Assembly (NCBI GenBank): GCA_029553505.1
Contig: JAKPKY010000167.1
Location: 3,501-67,500, forward strand
DNA: 64,000 nucleotides
Direction of reading: 5' to 3'
DNA from: Planctomycetota bacterium
GTDB taxonomy: Bacteria; Planctomycetota; Phycisphaerae; SM23-33
Below, in pieces: positions 34,827 through 43,799 of this stretch. Numbering within the stretch: position 1 is the first letter of the stretch; every line of letters begins with the position of its first letter. Made by a program: the position numbers and the translations under genes. The notes beneath the pieces are model-generated. The model searched no databases. It saw only the letters and a list, made by a program, of their open reading frames with translations, and was not told where the DNA came from.

Positions 34827-35277
34827 GGATATCCCCTTTGCCTCAGTGACCGAGTATTCGTATCCATCCGGAAAATCCGGCTACACGCAACCACTTAGAA
34901 GCGACGGCGGCTCCCGTTCCGCCACAAGTCATCATATAGCAAAGACTTTGTGCGGGCAAGGCTTTTTTGCGTCGTCGTAACCACACCTGTTGCAGCCGCC
35001 TTGCGGCCAATCCGCTCGCTCGTCCAAAGCCTCAATGCGAACCGGATGTTCCGACCGTCGTTTCCGCCGCGACATGCTTAACCAATTGTATGCATTGCGG
35101 ATATACGTTTTCCCAAAAACTTCAACCCCTTTTGTTGTGTCTGTTGGCCGGGCAGCACGACATCGCGGAAAAACGCGGTTTTCCGGCTAACCGACCGGCC
35201 GGTGGGCTGTCTTGCCTATCGAACGATACAGTGGACAGCTGAAAACCGAAACTCCCAAGCGTCGAAAGGACAAGACC

Positions 35278-35676
35278 ATGAAAACCACACGAACCATTGG
35301 AATGCTGACGATTGCGGCGATTCTTCTGCTGGCCGGAACGGAAGCTTTCGCAAGGGACTCTCATCACGGCGACCGGCACTCGTCCTGGGGCGGCAGAACC
35401 GGCACGACCGTTCTGGTCAACACGAACGCGGGATTCGGCGGCTCCGGCGTCTATTACACCACTGGTCGCAGCGGGTATTACACGCCCTCGACCTACACGA
35501 CGTACTACCACGGCGGTCAGCCGGTCGGATGCACCTGGGGCGGCGGCACGGTCTATCCGCCGGTGTATCGCCATCAGACAAATCGGTTCCAGCATCATGA
35601 TCGACACGATTTCACTCGCGGTTTGTCCCGCGGAAACTCGGACGTGAATGTGTCGGTCATCATCCGCTTCCGCTGA
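35278..35676 (+). CDS. small secreted Gly/Tyr/Thr-rich protein with His-rich ends
   Basis: Signal peptide MKTTRTIGMLTIAAILLLAGTEAFA. Followed by a canonical terminator. No family recognised. Confidence 0.5.
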   Translation: MKTTRTIGMLTIAAILLLAGTEAFARDSHHGDRHSSWGGRTGTTVLVNTNAGFGGSGVYYTTGRSGYYTPSTYTTYYHGGQPVGCTWGGGTVYPPVYRHQTNRFQHHDRHDFTRGLSRGNSDVNVSVIIRFR

Positions 35677-35716
35677 GAAGGCGGGAGTTGCACGATCCTT
35701 GTGCAACGAAGACAAT

Positions 35717-35753
35717 GAGCCCGGGCCGTAAGGGTCCGGGTTCGTTGTTTTTC
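35717..35753 (+). terminator. intrinsic terminator after the small secreted protein gene (possibly bidirectional with GH35)
   Basis: GAGCCCGG-(11 nt)-CCGGGTTC stem followed by GTTGTTTTTC. It is preceded by a second hairpin, GTTGCAC-GATCCTT-GTGCAAC (35687-35707). Confidence 0.7.
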
Positions 35754-35770
35754 GAGCGAGGCAGCGCGGC

Positions 35771-38443
35771 TCAGGATTGGAACGGGCCTCGCGGGCGGAT
35801 TTCCAGGCGTGACCGGCTGGGGATGTTGCCCTGCTCCTCGAAGACCATCAACTCGTTCTCGTCCTTCAGCCAGCATTCCGGCAGCAGCCAGGACTGTTGC
35901 GGCCCAACCGTCCAGAATCGTCCCAGGTTGATTCCGTTGAGGAACAATTGGCCCTTCTTCGCGCCGACGATATGGAGGTACAGGGGTCGGTCGCGGTGCG
36001 GGGCCTTGAAGGAGCAAACGTACCAGGCGGGCTGGTCTTTCCCGACGACATGCCCGCCGGGCTGCGGTACGAGCCACGGACGGAAGCCCCACGCCGCGTG
36101 TTCCGTGAGATTCTCGCCCAGAACGTGGAACGTCACCTTGTCCAGCAACTTGGGCGAAACGTCGCCCCAGAGCATCAGGCGGACGACGTTACGTCCTTTC
36201 TTCAATTCCGGTCCGAGGGTCACGTCGGCGAAATTCCCGCCTCCGTGGCGCGCGTAGAATCCCACCTGACGCTCGTTGCACAGGATGGCCACGTGGTGCG
36301 GAAGATCCTGGAATGACAAGTGCAACGGTGTGACGCGCGTCAAGGGGATGCTCAGTTCGGCCGAATATACTGGCGCGCCTTCGAGTTGCGGCAGGAGGTG
36401 CGTCATTGCGCGAGGCACGATCCGGCGGGAGAAGTCGTCCATCTTCCGGATCCTGAACTTCCGGGTCCGCAGGAGCTTGGCGTCGTAAACAGGTCCGCGC
36501 AGGCCCTTCAACTCGCCCAGGCCCGTGCCGCCATTGAACCGTCCGAGATTGTCCACGAGCATCGTCAGGACGTTGCGCCCGCGGCGGAAGGAAGCTCCGA
36601 TGGGTGAGCGCGTCGCGCCCTCCCCTCGCCCCCACGTCCCGATCAGCGCGCCGTTGAGATAGATTGTGGCACGGTCGTCGCATTCCGGCAGAAACAGGCT
36701 GCGACTCCGCGGGCGTTCCTCGTCGATCTCCGCGCGATACCACACGTAGCCGTAGTGGATGCCGAGGCGGTCGATGTCCTTGGGGCGGTCCAGCTTCTCC
36801 CAGGACAGGTCCGCGGCGACGGGTTCCGTGCAGACGGCCAGGCGGGTCCACTGGGACAGCTTCGGCGCGGTCGGCTTGGCCGCCGGGGGCGGTTTGACCT
36901 TGCGATGCGTGAGTTTTCCGTCCAGCGGCAATACCGCGTACTGCTTGGCGCCCCGGAGAACCACCGGCTCGTCCTCGAACGTCTCCCCCACGGACACCGG
37001 ACCCAGCAGCAGTTGCTCGTCCACCAGCCAGGTCCGCTGCGCCAACTCGGAGTGGATCAGCGCGACAGTCAGTCCGCCCATTTCGACGAGTTTGGGTTCC
37101 TCTCCAGCGGGCACGGCGGCACTGACCTTCGCGCCGTTGACAGAGAACGTCGCCTCGAACCCCGCCGGACCATGCAGGACCAGCAGACGGTTTCCGAAGA
37201 ATCCCAGCGGCGTGAGGTTGGCGTAGTCCAGGCGGTCGTTGGCGGTGAGTTTCAGGTCGCTGAACACGGCGGCCGCCCCCAGCGGCGCTAACGGAACGGT
37301 GAGTTCGCGCCCGTCGTGCAGGGAGATTCGCGCGGAGGCGATGTCGTCGCAGCCGTTGTTGGTCACCACGGCCAGCCGGCCGGCTGATCCGGACAGGTTC
37401 AACACACTCGTGCCGCTGTGGACGGCGACGGCGGGGGGCAACATCTCCATCGTCGCCAGAAACTTGCCCATGTTCCGGGCAAGCATATTCACCAGGCGGG
37501 TGAGGTAGTATTTTTCCGTCAGTTCTCCACCTTCGGCCAGCGGGGCGTCGTAGTCGTAGCTGGTGGTCTGGTAATGATCCGCGCCGGTGCAGAGCCTGCT
37601 GCCCCAGAACTCGAAGTTCGTGCCGCCGTGCCACATGTAGGCGTTGCACTGCGCCCCGCAGCCGAGAATCTCCATCGCTCGCCGCGCCGTTTCGCGCGGG
37701 CCCTTGACCTGGTGCTGGCCGCCCCATCGCTCGAACTGGCCGTCCCAGAACTCGGTGACCAGCAACGGTTTGTCCGGCTGGGCCAGGCGCAGCCTCTTGA
37801 GCTGCTGCACTGCGCCGTCCCACAAGTTCGCGCATTCCACGGCGTTCTCGACGCGCGGTTCGGTGAGGAAGTTGCACGTGAGCACCGGCACGTCAAACCC
37901 CGCACGGGCGAACAGTTGGCTGATGAACGTCAGGTAGTTCGCCCGGTCGGGCATCGTTGTCATCCGGTATTCATTTTCGTTCTGGATGGCGATGATGTTC
38001 CCGCCGCGCGTTACCTGGAGGTCGGCCAGGCGCGGAAGCACCTGGCGGAAATACTTGTCGAAGTAGTGCATGAAGGCGGCATTACTGGTGCGATAGGCGA
38101 TTCCCGTCTTGGTCGTCAGCCAGGCGGGCAGCCCGCCGAAGTCCCATTCGGCGCAGATGTACGGTCCGGGACGGAGGATAACGTACAGGCCCAGTTCGCC
38201 GGCCATCCGAACGAACGCCGCGATGTCGCGATTGCCCGAGAAATCCCACTGCCCTTCGCGCATCTCGTGGTAATTCCACGCGACATACGTGGATATGCAA
38301 TTGAGCCCGGCGTTTCGGGCCTTGACCAGCCGATCGCGCCACAGTGCGGCAGGAACGCGAAAATAGTGGATCGACCCGCTCGCCAGCCAGATTCGCTCGC
38401 CGTCGATCAGAAAGCTGCGTCCGTCATACGTGACATTCGCCAT
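35771..38443 (-). CDS. beta-galactosidase, glycoside hydrolase family 35
   Basis: GLNCISTYVAWNYHE, GLYVILRPGPYICAEWDFGGLPAWL and IQNENEY are classic GH35 blocks. I prefer ATG 38443 because the 38 codons up to the GTG at 38557 use AT-rich third positions unlike the rest of the gene. Confidence 0.85.
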   Translation of the reverse strand: MANVTYDGRSFLIDGERIWLASGSIHYFRVPAALWRDRLVKARNAGLNCISTYVAWNYHEMREGQWDFSGNRDIAAFVRMAGELGLYVILRPGPYICAEWDFGGLPAWLTTKTGIAYRTSNAAFMHYFDKYFRQVLPRLADLQVTRGGNIIAIQNENEYRMTTMPDRANYLTFISQLFARAGFDVPVLTCNFLTEPRVENAVECANLWDGAVQQLKRLRLAQPDKPLLVTEFWDGQFERWGGQHQVKGPRETARRAMEILGCGAQCNAYMWHGGTNFEFWGSRLCTGADHYQTTSYDYDAPLAEGGELTEKYYLTRLVNMLARNMGKFLATMEMLPPAVAVHSGTSVLNLSGSAGRLAVVTNNGCDDIASARISLHDGRELTVPLAPLGAAAVFSDLKLTANDRLDYANLTPLGFFGNRLLVLHGPAGFEATFSVNGAKVSAAVPAGEEPKLVEMGGLTVALIHSELAQRTWLVDEQLLLGPVSVGETFEDEPVVLRGAKQYAVLPLDGKLTHRKVKPPPAAKPTAPKLSQWTRLAVCTEPVAADLSWEKLDRPKDIDRLGIHYGYVWYRAEIDEERPRSRSLFLPECDDRATIYLNGALIGTWGRGEGATRSPIGASFRRGRNVLTMLVDNLGRFNGGTGLGELKGLRGPVYDAKLLRTRKFRIRKMDDFSRRIVPRAMTHLLPQLEGAPVYSAELSIPLTRVTPLHLSFQDLPHHVAILCNERQVGFYARHGGGNFADVTLGPELKKGRNVVRLMLWGDVSPKLLDKVTFHVLGENLTEHAAWGFRPWLVPQPGGHVVGKDQPAWYVCSFKAPHRDRPLYLHIVGAKKGQLFLNGINLGRFWTVGPQQSWLLPECWLKDENELMVFEEQGNIPSRSRLEIRPRGPFQS

Positions 38444-38877
38444 CTTCGGTACCCCGGCGTTCTTGACTTTCGAAACGGCTGCTTGAGGCACAGGACATGT
38501 TCTGCTTGTCAAAAGTGTAAGCAACGCCTTGACCCATGCAACAAAAAAAGAGCGCACGGAGGGTTACGCACTCCCAGAGCACAAAACGGAATCCTGCCGG
38601 GAGCGGTTCGGGATGCATAACACGAATAATCAATATCTGTTTTATTACAAAGGAGATACGAGAATCTTATCCATGATAGTCAGACCGACAGACAAGGAAC
38701 GTGGCAGGGAATGAATTATCGGACGTTACCGAGCGTAGCTTCTTTTATTATAGAACCTTACACTACATATTCAGTAGGAATGATGGTTCCTTATGCTTAT
38801 CTGCCTTGCCGGAGGGAGTTGACTGATTGTGGATTCTTCGGGCAGACCTGACAGACCGTCAGGATTGTCGGGAAGGC

Positions 38878-38906
38878 TTTACTGTCGCCCCCGGTCCGCA
38901 TATAAG
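38878..38906 (+). promoter_or_regulatory. sigma70-like promoter placed for a leaderless or near-leaderless transcript of the 38915 gene
   Basis: TTTACT-N17-TATAAG ends 8 nt before ATG 38915. No Shine-Dalgarno (ribosome-binding) sequence lies between them. Confidence 0.3.
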
Positions 38907-38914
38907 TAGGTCTC

Positions 38915-40582
38915 ATGCGAATCCCTTGTGCAATCTTCTTGGCTGCGCTCCTCGTGGCTGGCGCTGCCCGCGCCCAGCCGGACCGGCACATTGCCCCGCC
39001 GGAGGTCTCGCGTGCGGAAGGAACCGCGCTGGCGCATTTGGCGCGTGAGGCGATGCTTCGCTACCTCGCCCGCCGCACGCCAGCGGCGGAGCAGCCCATC
39101 CCACCCGACCTGCGGGCGCTGGACGCCCGTCAGTATCCGGTCGCCATGACGCTCCGCAGCCGTGGGACGGTCCTGGCGAGGGTCATCCGCGCGGAAGCGT
39201 CCACGGCGCGGAACCTCTTCGCCGCCTCGCTGGAGGCCATGCGAAGCCCCGCCCTGCCCGACCGCGTGACGCGCCAAGTGATCGAGTCGCTGACGATCGA
39301 GGTGGAGGTGCTGTCTGCGCCGACCGCGGTCGTGGCGGATCGGGTGGATTCATTCTACGTGGCGGCGTTGACGGGGCTGCGCCTGGATCGCGGCGTGCAC
39401 ACCGCGTACGTGTTGCCCTCGACGACGTACTTTTTGGATGCCGATGCCGAGAGCGCCCGGCGGGGCTGCCTGGTGCAGATTCCCCTCGACCGTTCCAGCA
39501 CGTCGAACGAGTCGCGTTGGAGCGTCTTCGCATCGCGCCAGTTCGTAGGATACGCCGACGGGCAGACGGTGGCGCTGTATCGCGGAAAGATCCTGGTTCC
39601 GCCGGAAGTCATCGACGACAAGCTGCTGTCCGACGCGGCAGGACAGGTGGCCGCCTACCTGGCGCGACGGCAGTCGCAGACGGGCCTGTACCAGACCGAC
39701 TGGGACACGCCCGGACAGCGGGACCACCTCTACGCCGCATGGGCGATGGCCCGTTTGGCGAAACGGACGGGCTCGCCCCTGGCCACTGCCAGCGTCAATC
39801 GCGCGCTCGGGGCGGCCATGCTTTCGCTCAAGACCAACGACGACCGGGGATACGTCGCCAGCGGCGACGCCGACGACCAGCTCGCAGCGACGTCGCTGAT
39901 GCTGCTGACCGTCGTCGAGATGCCCGTCAGCCCAGAGGCGTCGGCCGTGCGGAAGCAGCTCGTGAACGCCCTGCTGGGGGGGCTCGGCCCGGACGGAATG
40001 CCCCTGTCACGTCTGGACGGACAGGGAAAGACGACCGCCGCGCTGCCCGACGCGTGCCTCGCGCTGGCGGCGTTGCGGTCGGCTGGCGTTGACTCGGCCA
40101 AACTCGCGCCCTTGCGCGACGCGCTGGCCAAGGCCACTCCCGCCGACACCGAGGGCCTGGCCTGGAAGCTGCGTATCGGCCTGCCGATGGAAACTCGCGA
40201 CGCGCCCCTCAGCGAAGCGCAGAAAGCGGCACTGCTGCCCCGCCAGTCCGACGAGACGGCCCTGCCCGACGATCGCGGCGGATTCGCGCCGCCCAACGCC
40301 GCGCCGAGCGTTGTGCTGACCGGCTTGTGGGCGCAGCATCTCGCCAGGACGCTGCCGGAACTGCGAAAGCTCAATCCCCCTGAGCCATCCGCTCGCGCCG
40401 CGACGCAACTGCTGAGCGCCAGGCGGTTCTGCTACCAGCTCCTCTACAAGCCGCGCGAGGGGTATTTCTCCGAGCATCCCGACGAGTTGCTCGGCGCCGT
40501 GCGTGAGCGCCCGGGCTCAGCCCGCGCGACCGTGCGCTCCTGCGCCGCGTCGCTCGAGGCGTTCCTCGCTGTGCCGGAGTAG
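38915..40582 (+). CDS. secreted protein with a degenerate AMMECR1-like N-terminal domain and a ~380-aa C-terminal region of unknown function
   Basis: Signal peptide MRIPCAIFLAALLVAGAARA. LAHLAREAMLRYL...YPVAMTLRSRGTVLARVI...ESLTIEVEVLSAP parallels the AMMECR1 pattern (GVFVTL..G.LRGCIG...IEVSVLS.P), but the RGCIG Cys motif is replaced. Confidence 0.5.
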   Translation: MRIPCAIFLAALLVAGAARAQPDRHIAPPEVSRAEGTALAHLAREAMLRYLARRTPAAEQPIPPDLRALDARQYPVAMTLRSRGTVLARVIRAEASTARNLFAASLEAMRSPALPDRVTRQVIESLTIEVEVLSAPTAVVADRVDSFYVAALTGLRLDRGVHTAYVLPSTTYFLDADAESARRGCLVQIPLDRSSTSNESRWSVFASRQFVGYADGQTVALYRGKILVPPEVIDDKLLSDAAGQVAAYLARRQSQTGLYQTDWDTPGQRDHLYAAWAMARLAKRTGSPLATASVNRALGAAMLSLKTNDDRGYVASGDADDQLAATSLMLLTVVEMPVSPEASAVRKQLVNALLGGLGPDGMPLSRLDGQGKTTAALPDACLALAALRSAGVDSAKLAPLRDALAKATPADTEGLAWKLRIGLPMETRDAPLSEAQKAALLPRQSDETALPDDRGGFAPPNAAPSVVLTGLWAQHLARTLPELRKLNPPEPSARAATQLLSARRFCYQLLYKPREGYFSEHPDELLGAVRERPGSARATVRSCAASLEAFLAVPE

Positions 40583-40592
40583 CGCCGTCCGG

Positions 40593-41645
40593 CTACAGCC
40601 GGACTTCCCTTCCGGTCTCCTGCGACTTGTAAAGTCCCGCCAGCGCCGCCATCACCGCGCGGGTCTGTTCCGGCGGCACGGGCGCCGGGCGGTTGCCCAG
40701 GATCGCCTCGGCGAACGCCTTGATCTCGTTGTGGTGCGCGCGGGTCTTGCTCTCGCGGACGGAAATCGACGAGTCGAGGAAGTCGTGCTCCGTGTGGGAG
40801 TAGATCTCGCAGTCGGGCCATTTGACGCCCGCCTGGACGCCGAACAGTTCCACGCGGTTGTCGTTCTGTCCCTTCATGTTGAGCATGAAGCTGCACTCCA
40901 GGCTCAGCGCCGCGCCGTTGGCGAAGCGGATCATCCCGGCTGCGAAGTCCTCGACGTCCATGCCCTTCTTGTCATAATCGGCGTCGCCCCAGGCGCTCCA
41001 CGCTTCCTTTCGCTTGGCGATCTTGGTGACGCTGATGCCGCTGACGGAGATCGGATCGAAGTTGTCCATCAGGAACATCGCCAAGTCGAGGATGTGCACT
41101 CCGACGTCGATGCAGCATCCGCCGCCCTGCTTGTCGTGGTAGAGGAAGCTGCCCCAGGTGGGCAGCCCGCGCCGACGGTTGTACCACGCGCGGGCGTAGT
41201 AGATCTCGCCCAGGTTGCCCGCCGCGACGTACCGCTTCAGCGCCACGCTGCGGTCCTCGAACCGCATGTGCTGGGCGCACATGAGCTTTCTTTTGGCCTT
41301 CTCGGCCGCCGCGATCATCTGGTCCACTTCCTGGGGGTTCAGGCCCAGGGGCTTCTCGCACAGCACGTGCTTGCCCGCGCGGAGGGACATCAACGTCTGC
41401 TCCTTGTGCAGGCGGTTGGGCGTGACAATGTCGATCACGTCCAGGTCTTTCCGGGCGACCAGTCGCTTGGCGCTGGCTTCGACCGTCTCGATGTGGAACT
41501 CCTCGGCGCGCTTCAGTGCCGCGTCGCGGTTGACGTCGGTGATCGCCACCAGTTCGCAGTCGGGCAACTTGGTCCAGCCTTCGCAGTGCAGGTGGCTGAT
41601 CCCGCCCGCGCCGATCATGCCCACACGCAGTTTTCGCTTCGCCAC
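40593..41645 (-). CDS. Gfo/Idh/MocA-family oxidoreductase
   Basis: LRVGMIGAGGISHLH Rossmann N terminus, VLCEKP motif, 350 aa. Confidence 0.85.
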   Translation of the reverse strand: MAKRKLRVGMIGAGGISHLHCEGWTKLPDCELVAITDVNRDAALKRAEEFHIETVEASAKRLVARKDLDVIDIVTPNRLHKEQTLMSLRAGKHVLCEKPLGLNPQEVDQMIAAAEKAKRKLMCAQHMRFEDRSVALKRYVAAGNLGEIYYARAWYNRRRGLPTWGSFLYHDKQGGGCCIDVGVHILDLAMFLMDNFDPISVSGISVTKIAKRKEAWSAWGDADYDKKGMDVEDFAAGMIRFANGAALSLECSFMLNMKGQNDNRVELFGVQAGVKWPDCEIYSHTEHDFLDSSISVRESKTRAHHNEIKAFAEAILGNRPAPVPPEQTRAVMAALAGLYKSQETGREVRL

Positions 41646-41747
41646 GTCACGTCTCCTTCACCAGGGATGCCCGGGAGCCTGTCCCGGAAGTTGACCAGCG
41701 GAACAGTCTGACCGCCCGGGCGGGAAAGTCAAGCCCCCTCCGGACCG

Positions 41748-42377
41748 CTATCGCCGCGCGGTGATCCGGAAGGCCAGCTGCTCCATGCTGGCGGCCAGGT
41801 CCACCGGGTGCACCGCCACGCCGGGCGGAACCTGGAGCATGGTGGGGGCGAAGTTGAGGATTCCGCGGATGCCTGCAGCGCAGAGGCGGTCGGTGACCTC
41901 CTGGGCGGCTTCGGGAGGCACGGCCAGCGCAGCCAGGCGCACGTTGAACCGCGCCACGACGTCGGGCATCTCGTCGAGGTGCTGCACGCGGGCGGGGCCG
42001 AACTGCTTTCCGATCTTGGCGGCAGAGATGTCGAATGCGCCGACGACCATGAATCCCTTGCGGGTGAACCCCTTGTAGCGGAGCAGGGCGCGCCCCAGGT
42101 CGCCCGCCCCGACGACGATCACGCTCCACGTGCGATCGGTTCCCAGGATGTGGCGCAATGCGTCGCCCAGCGGGCCCACGCGATACCCGACCCCCGGACG
42201 GCCGAACTGTCCGAGATAGGCCAGGTCCTTGCGGACCTGTGCGGCCGTGATCATCAACGCCTCGGCCAACTCGCCGCTGGAAACCGTCGCGACGTTCCGT
42301 TCGGCGAGCAGCTCGAGATGGCGCAGGTAGAGGCTGATCCTCTGGACGGCCGGCCTGGGAATGGTGTGGCTTCTCAC
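41748..42377 (-). CDS. rex: redox-sensing transcriptional repressor Rex
   Basis: Winged-helix block SSGELAEALMITAAQVRKDLAYLGQFGRPGVGY, followed by the Rossmann VIVVGAGDLGRALL. Confidence 0.85.
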   Translation of the reverse strand: MRSHTIPRPAVQRISLYLRHLELLAERNVATVSSGELAEALMITAAQVRKDLAYLGQFGRPGVGYRVGPLGDALRHILGTDRTWSVIVVGAGDLGRALLRYKGFTRKGFMVVGAFDISAAKIGKQFGPARVQHLDEMPDVVARFNVRLAALAVPPEAAQEVTDRLCAAGIRGILNFAPTMLQVPPGVAVHPVDLAASMEQLAFRITARR

Positions 42378-42471
42378 GCGATCTCCCGTTGCCCGTGCGG
42401 CACGATTCGGCGACAGTCATGATACCGCCCAGGACCGCGCGCCTCAAGCGCCGACGAACGGGGTTTGCCGC

Positions 42472-42500
42472 TTGACGCGACCGCGCGGCGCTTCTATCAT
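42472..42500 (+). promoter_or_regulatory. sigma70-like promoter for the 42545 gene
   Basis: TTGACG-N17-TATCAT, 45 nt upstream of the ATG. Confidence 0.35.
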
Positions 42501-42544
42501 CCGGGACAGTTCATGGCGAACCCGTCTGGAAGGAATGAAGGCTT

Positions 42545-43654
42545 ATGCTCAGGAAACTTCTGACCCGTGCGTGCTGGATCGGCGTGTTTTTCGCAGGCCT
42601 GAGCCTGTCGCAGGCGGCCCCGCCGTCGCTGGATATCCCCCCCGAGGCGCTGGAGAGCGGGTTGCTTCCGATGCACATCGCGAAAGTCCGCGCCCGCGTG
42701 GAGTACTGGGCACAGGCGCTGGCCGATGCCAGGACGCCCGAGGACATCGTCGCCGCACGACAGGGAATGGTCCAGGACTACCGCGGATTGGAGAGCTTGA
42801 GCTTCAAGTACCACTACGCCAACGAGACCGCCAAGGCCGTCGTGAAACGCCTCGGAACGTTCGGCGACGAACTCAAGGCGATCCGCGACGTGAACCTGGC
42901 GCTGGCGGCCCGGCAGATGCCGCAGGTGCCGATCCAGGCGGCGCTGGACAAGATGGCCTCATCGTCCAACCCCGCGGTGCGTTACCTCGCCTGGCAGGGA
43001 TACGGACAGGTGAAGATGCTCGTGCTGGCGCAGGGGGAAACTTTCGCGACGAAGATGCTCGCCACGTTCAAGGACCGGGCACAGGCCGAAGACTCCCCCC
43101 TGGTCTGCGGGGAAATCTTCGGAACGCTGTACCTGCCCTCCGTCAGCACCGTGACGATTGAGAAGGGCGTTCTCGCCAAGGCGCAGACGGTTTCGGTCGA
43201 AACGTTCCGCGCGGTCTGGCCGGGCGTCTGCCAAGGCGCTCTCGACGGTGACGCCAAGAAGATGGACGCCGTCCGCAAGGGGCTCATCGTCCTGAGCCTG
43301 ATGGGACAGGACGGCGGATACAAGGACTCCGTCAAGGGCGCCGACGGGCTGGCGCAGATGGTGCTGGACGGCCTGTGGTGCGCGGGAAAGGTGCTTGATC
43401 GGGCTAAGGGAGAGGGCGAGATCGTCAACGACTGCGTCCAGACGCTGCGAGAGGGCGAACGGGCCCTCAATGCCGCGACCGGCAAGGGCAAGACGCACGT
43501 GGAGGCCGCCCTGGCCGACACGAAAGATCGCGGCGCGGCAGTGCTGCTGTCTGTCCTGAAGTGGGTGGACGAACTGAAAAAGGACTACGGCGTCAGCGAG
43601 CCGAAGCTCCAGGCCTCGCCGACGACCGCTCCCGCCTCCCAACCGGACAAATGA
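42545..43654 (+). CDS. secreted hypothetical protein (helical-repeat-like)
   Basis: Signal peptide MLRKLLTRACWIGVFFAGLSLSQA. A promoter-like element lies upstream and a canonical terminator downstream. No family recognised. Confidence 0.55.
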   Translation: MLRKLLTRACWIGVFFAGLSLSQAAPPSLDIPPEALESGLLPMHIAKVRARVEYWAQALADARTPEDIVAARQGMVQDYRGLESLSFKYHYANETAKAVVKRLGTFGDELKAIRDVNLALAARQMPQVPIQAALDKMASSSNPAVRYLAWQGYGQVKMLVLAQGETFATKMLATFKDRAQAEDSPLVCGEIFGTLYLPSVSTVTIEKGVLAKAQTVSVETFRAVWPGVCQGALDGDAKKMDAVRKGLIVLSLMGQDGGYKDSVKGADGLAQMVLDGLWCAGKVLDRAKGEGEIVNDCVQTLREGERALNAATGKGKTHVEAALADTKDRGAAVLLSVLKWVDELKKDYGVSEPKLQASPTTAPASQPDK

Positions 43655-43688
43655 CCGCCCGACTGCGAGCGGAACGACGAACTTTCGA

Positions 43689-43722
43689 CAGGCCGGCACG
43701 CGAGCGCCGGCCTGTTTGTTTC
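43689..43722 (+). terminator. intrinsic terminator after the 42545-43654 gene
   Basis: CAGGCCGGC-ACGCGAGC-GCCGGCCTG is a perfect 9-bp GC stem, followed by TTTGTTTC. Confidence 0.8.
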
Positions 43723-43799
43723 ATAGCAGCCCGCTGCGCCTTTCGGTATGATGGCGCTTCGCCGGGTCCGGCCCGGCCGAAACGACGACGAGACGCCCG

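Noticed and set aside
38444-38557. An N-terminal extension of the GH35 gene from the GTG at 38557 (MRSFFVAWVKALLTLLTS..), which could be a signal peptide.
   Set aside because: The 38 extra codons use AT-rich third positions (ttt, gtt, gca, ctt, aca, aga, tgt, caa, aaa), unlike the strongly GC3-biased gene body. I therefore prefer ATG 38443. A secreted form cannot be excluded without experimental or comparative data.
38529-38714. A 61-aa ORF inside the AT-rich 38.5-kb intergenic region, and the 13-aa MIVRPTDKERGRE peptide following an AAGGAG.
   Set aside because: The long ORF has no ribosome-binding site at suitable distance. The AAGGAG is 17 nt from the internal ATG. Codon usage is unlike the genome. 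There is no supporting evidence for a small protein.
38848-38876. An SRP-RNA-like string GTCAGG...GGGAAGG. I also looked for RNase P, tmRNA and 6S RNA signatures in the larger intergenic regions.
   Set aside because: The string matches only a few bases of the SRP domain IV consensus (GUCAGGUCCGGAAGGAAGCAGC), and no surrounding helix 5/8 structure can be drawn. No GAGGAAAGTCC (RNase P) or tmRNA tag region was seen.
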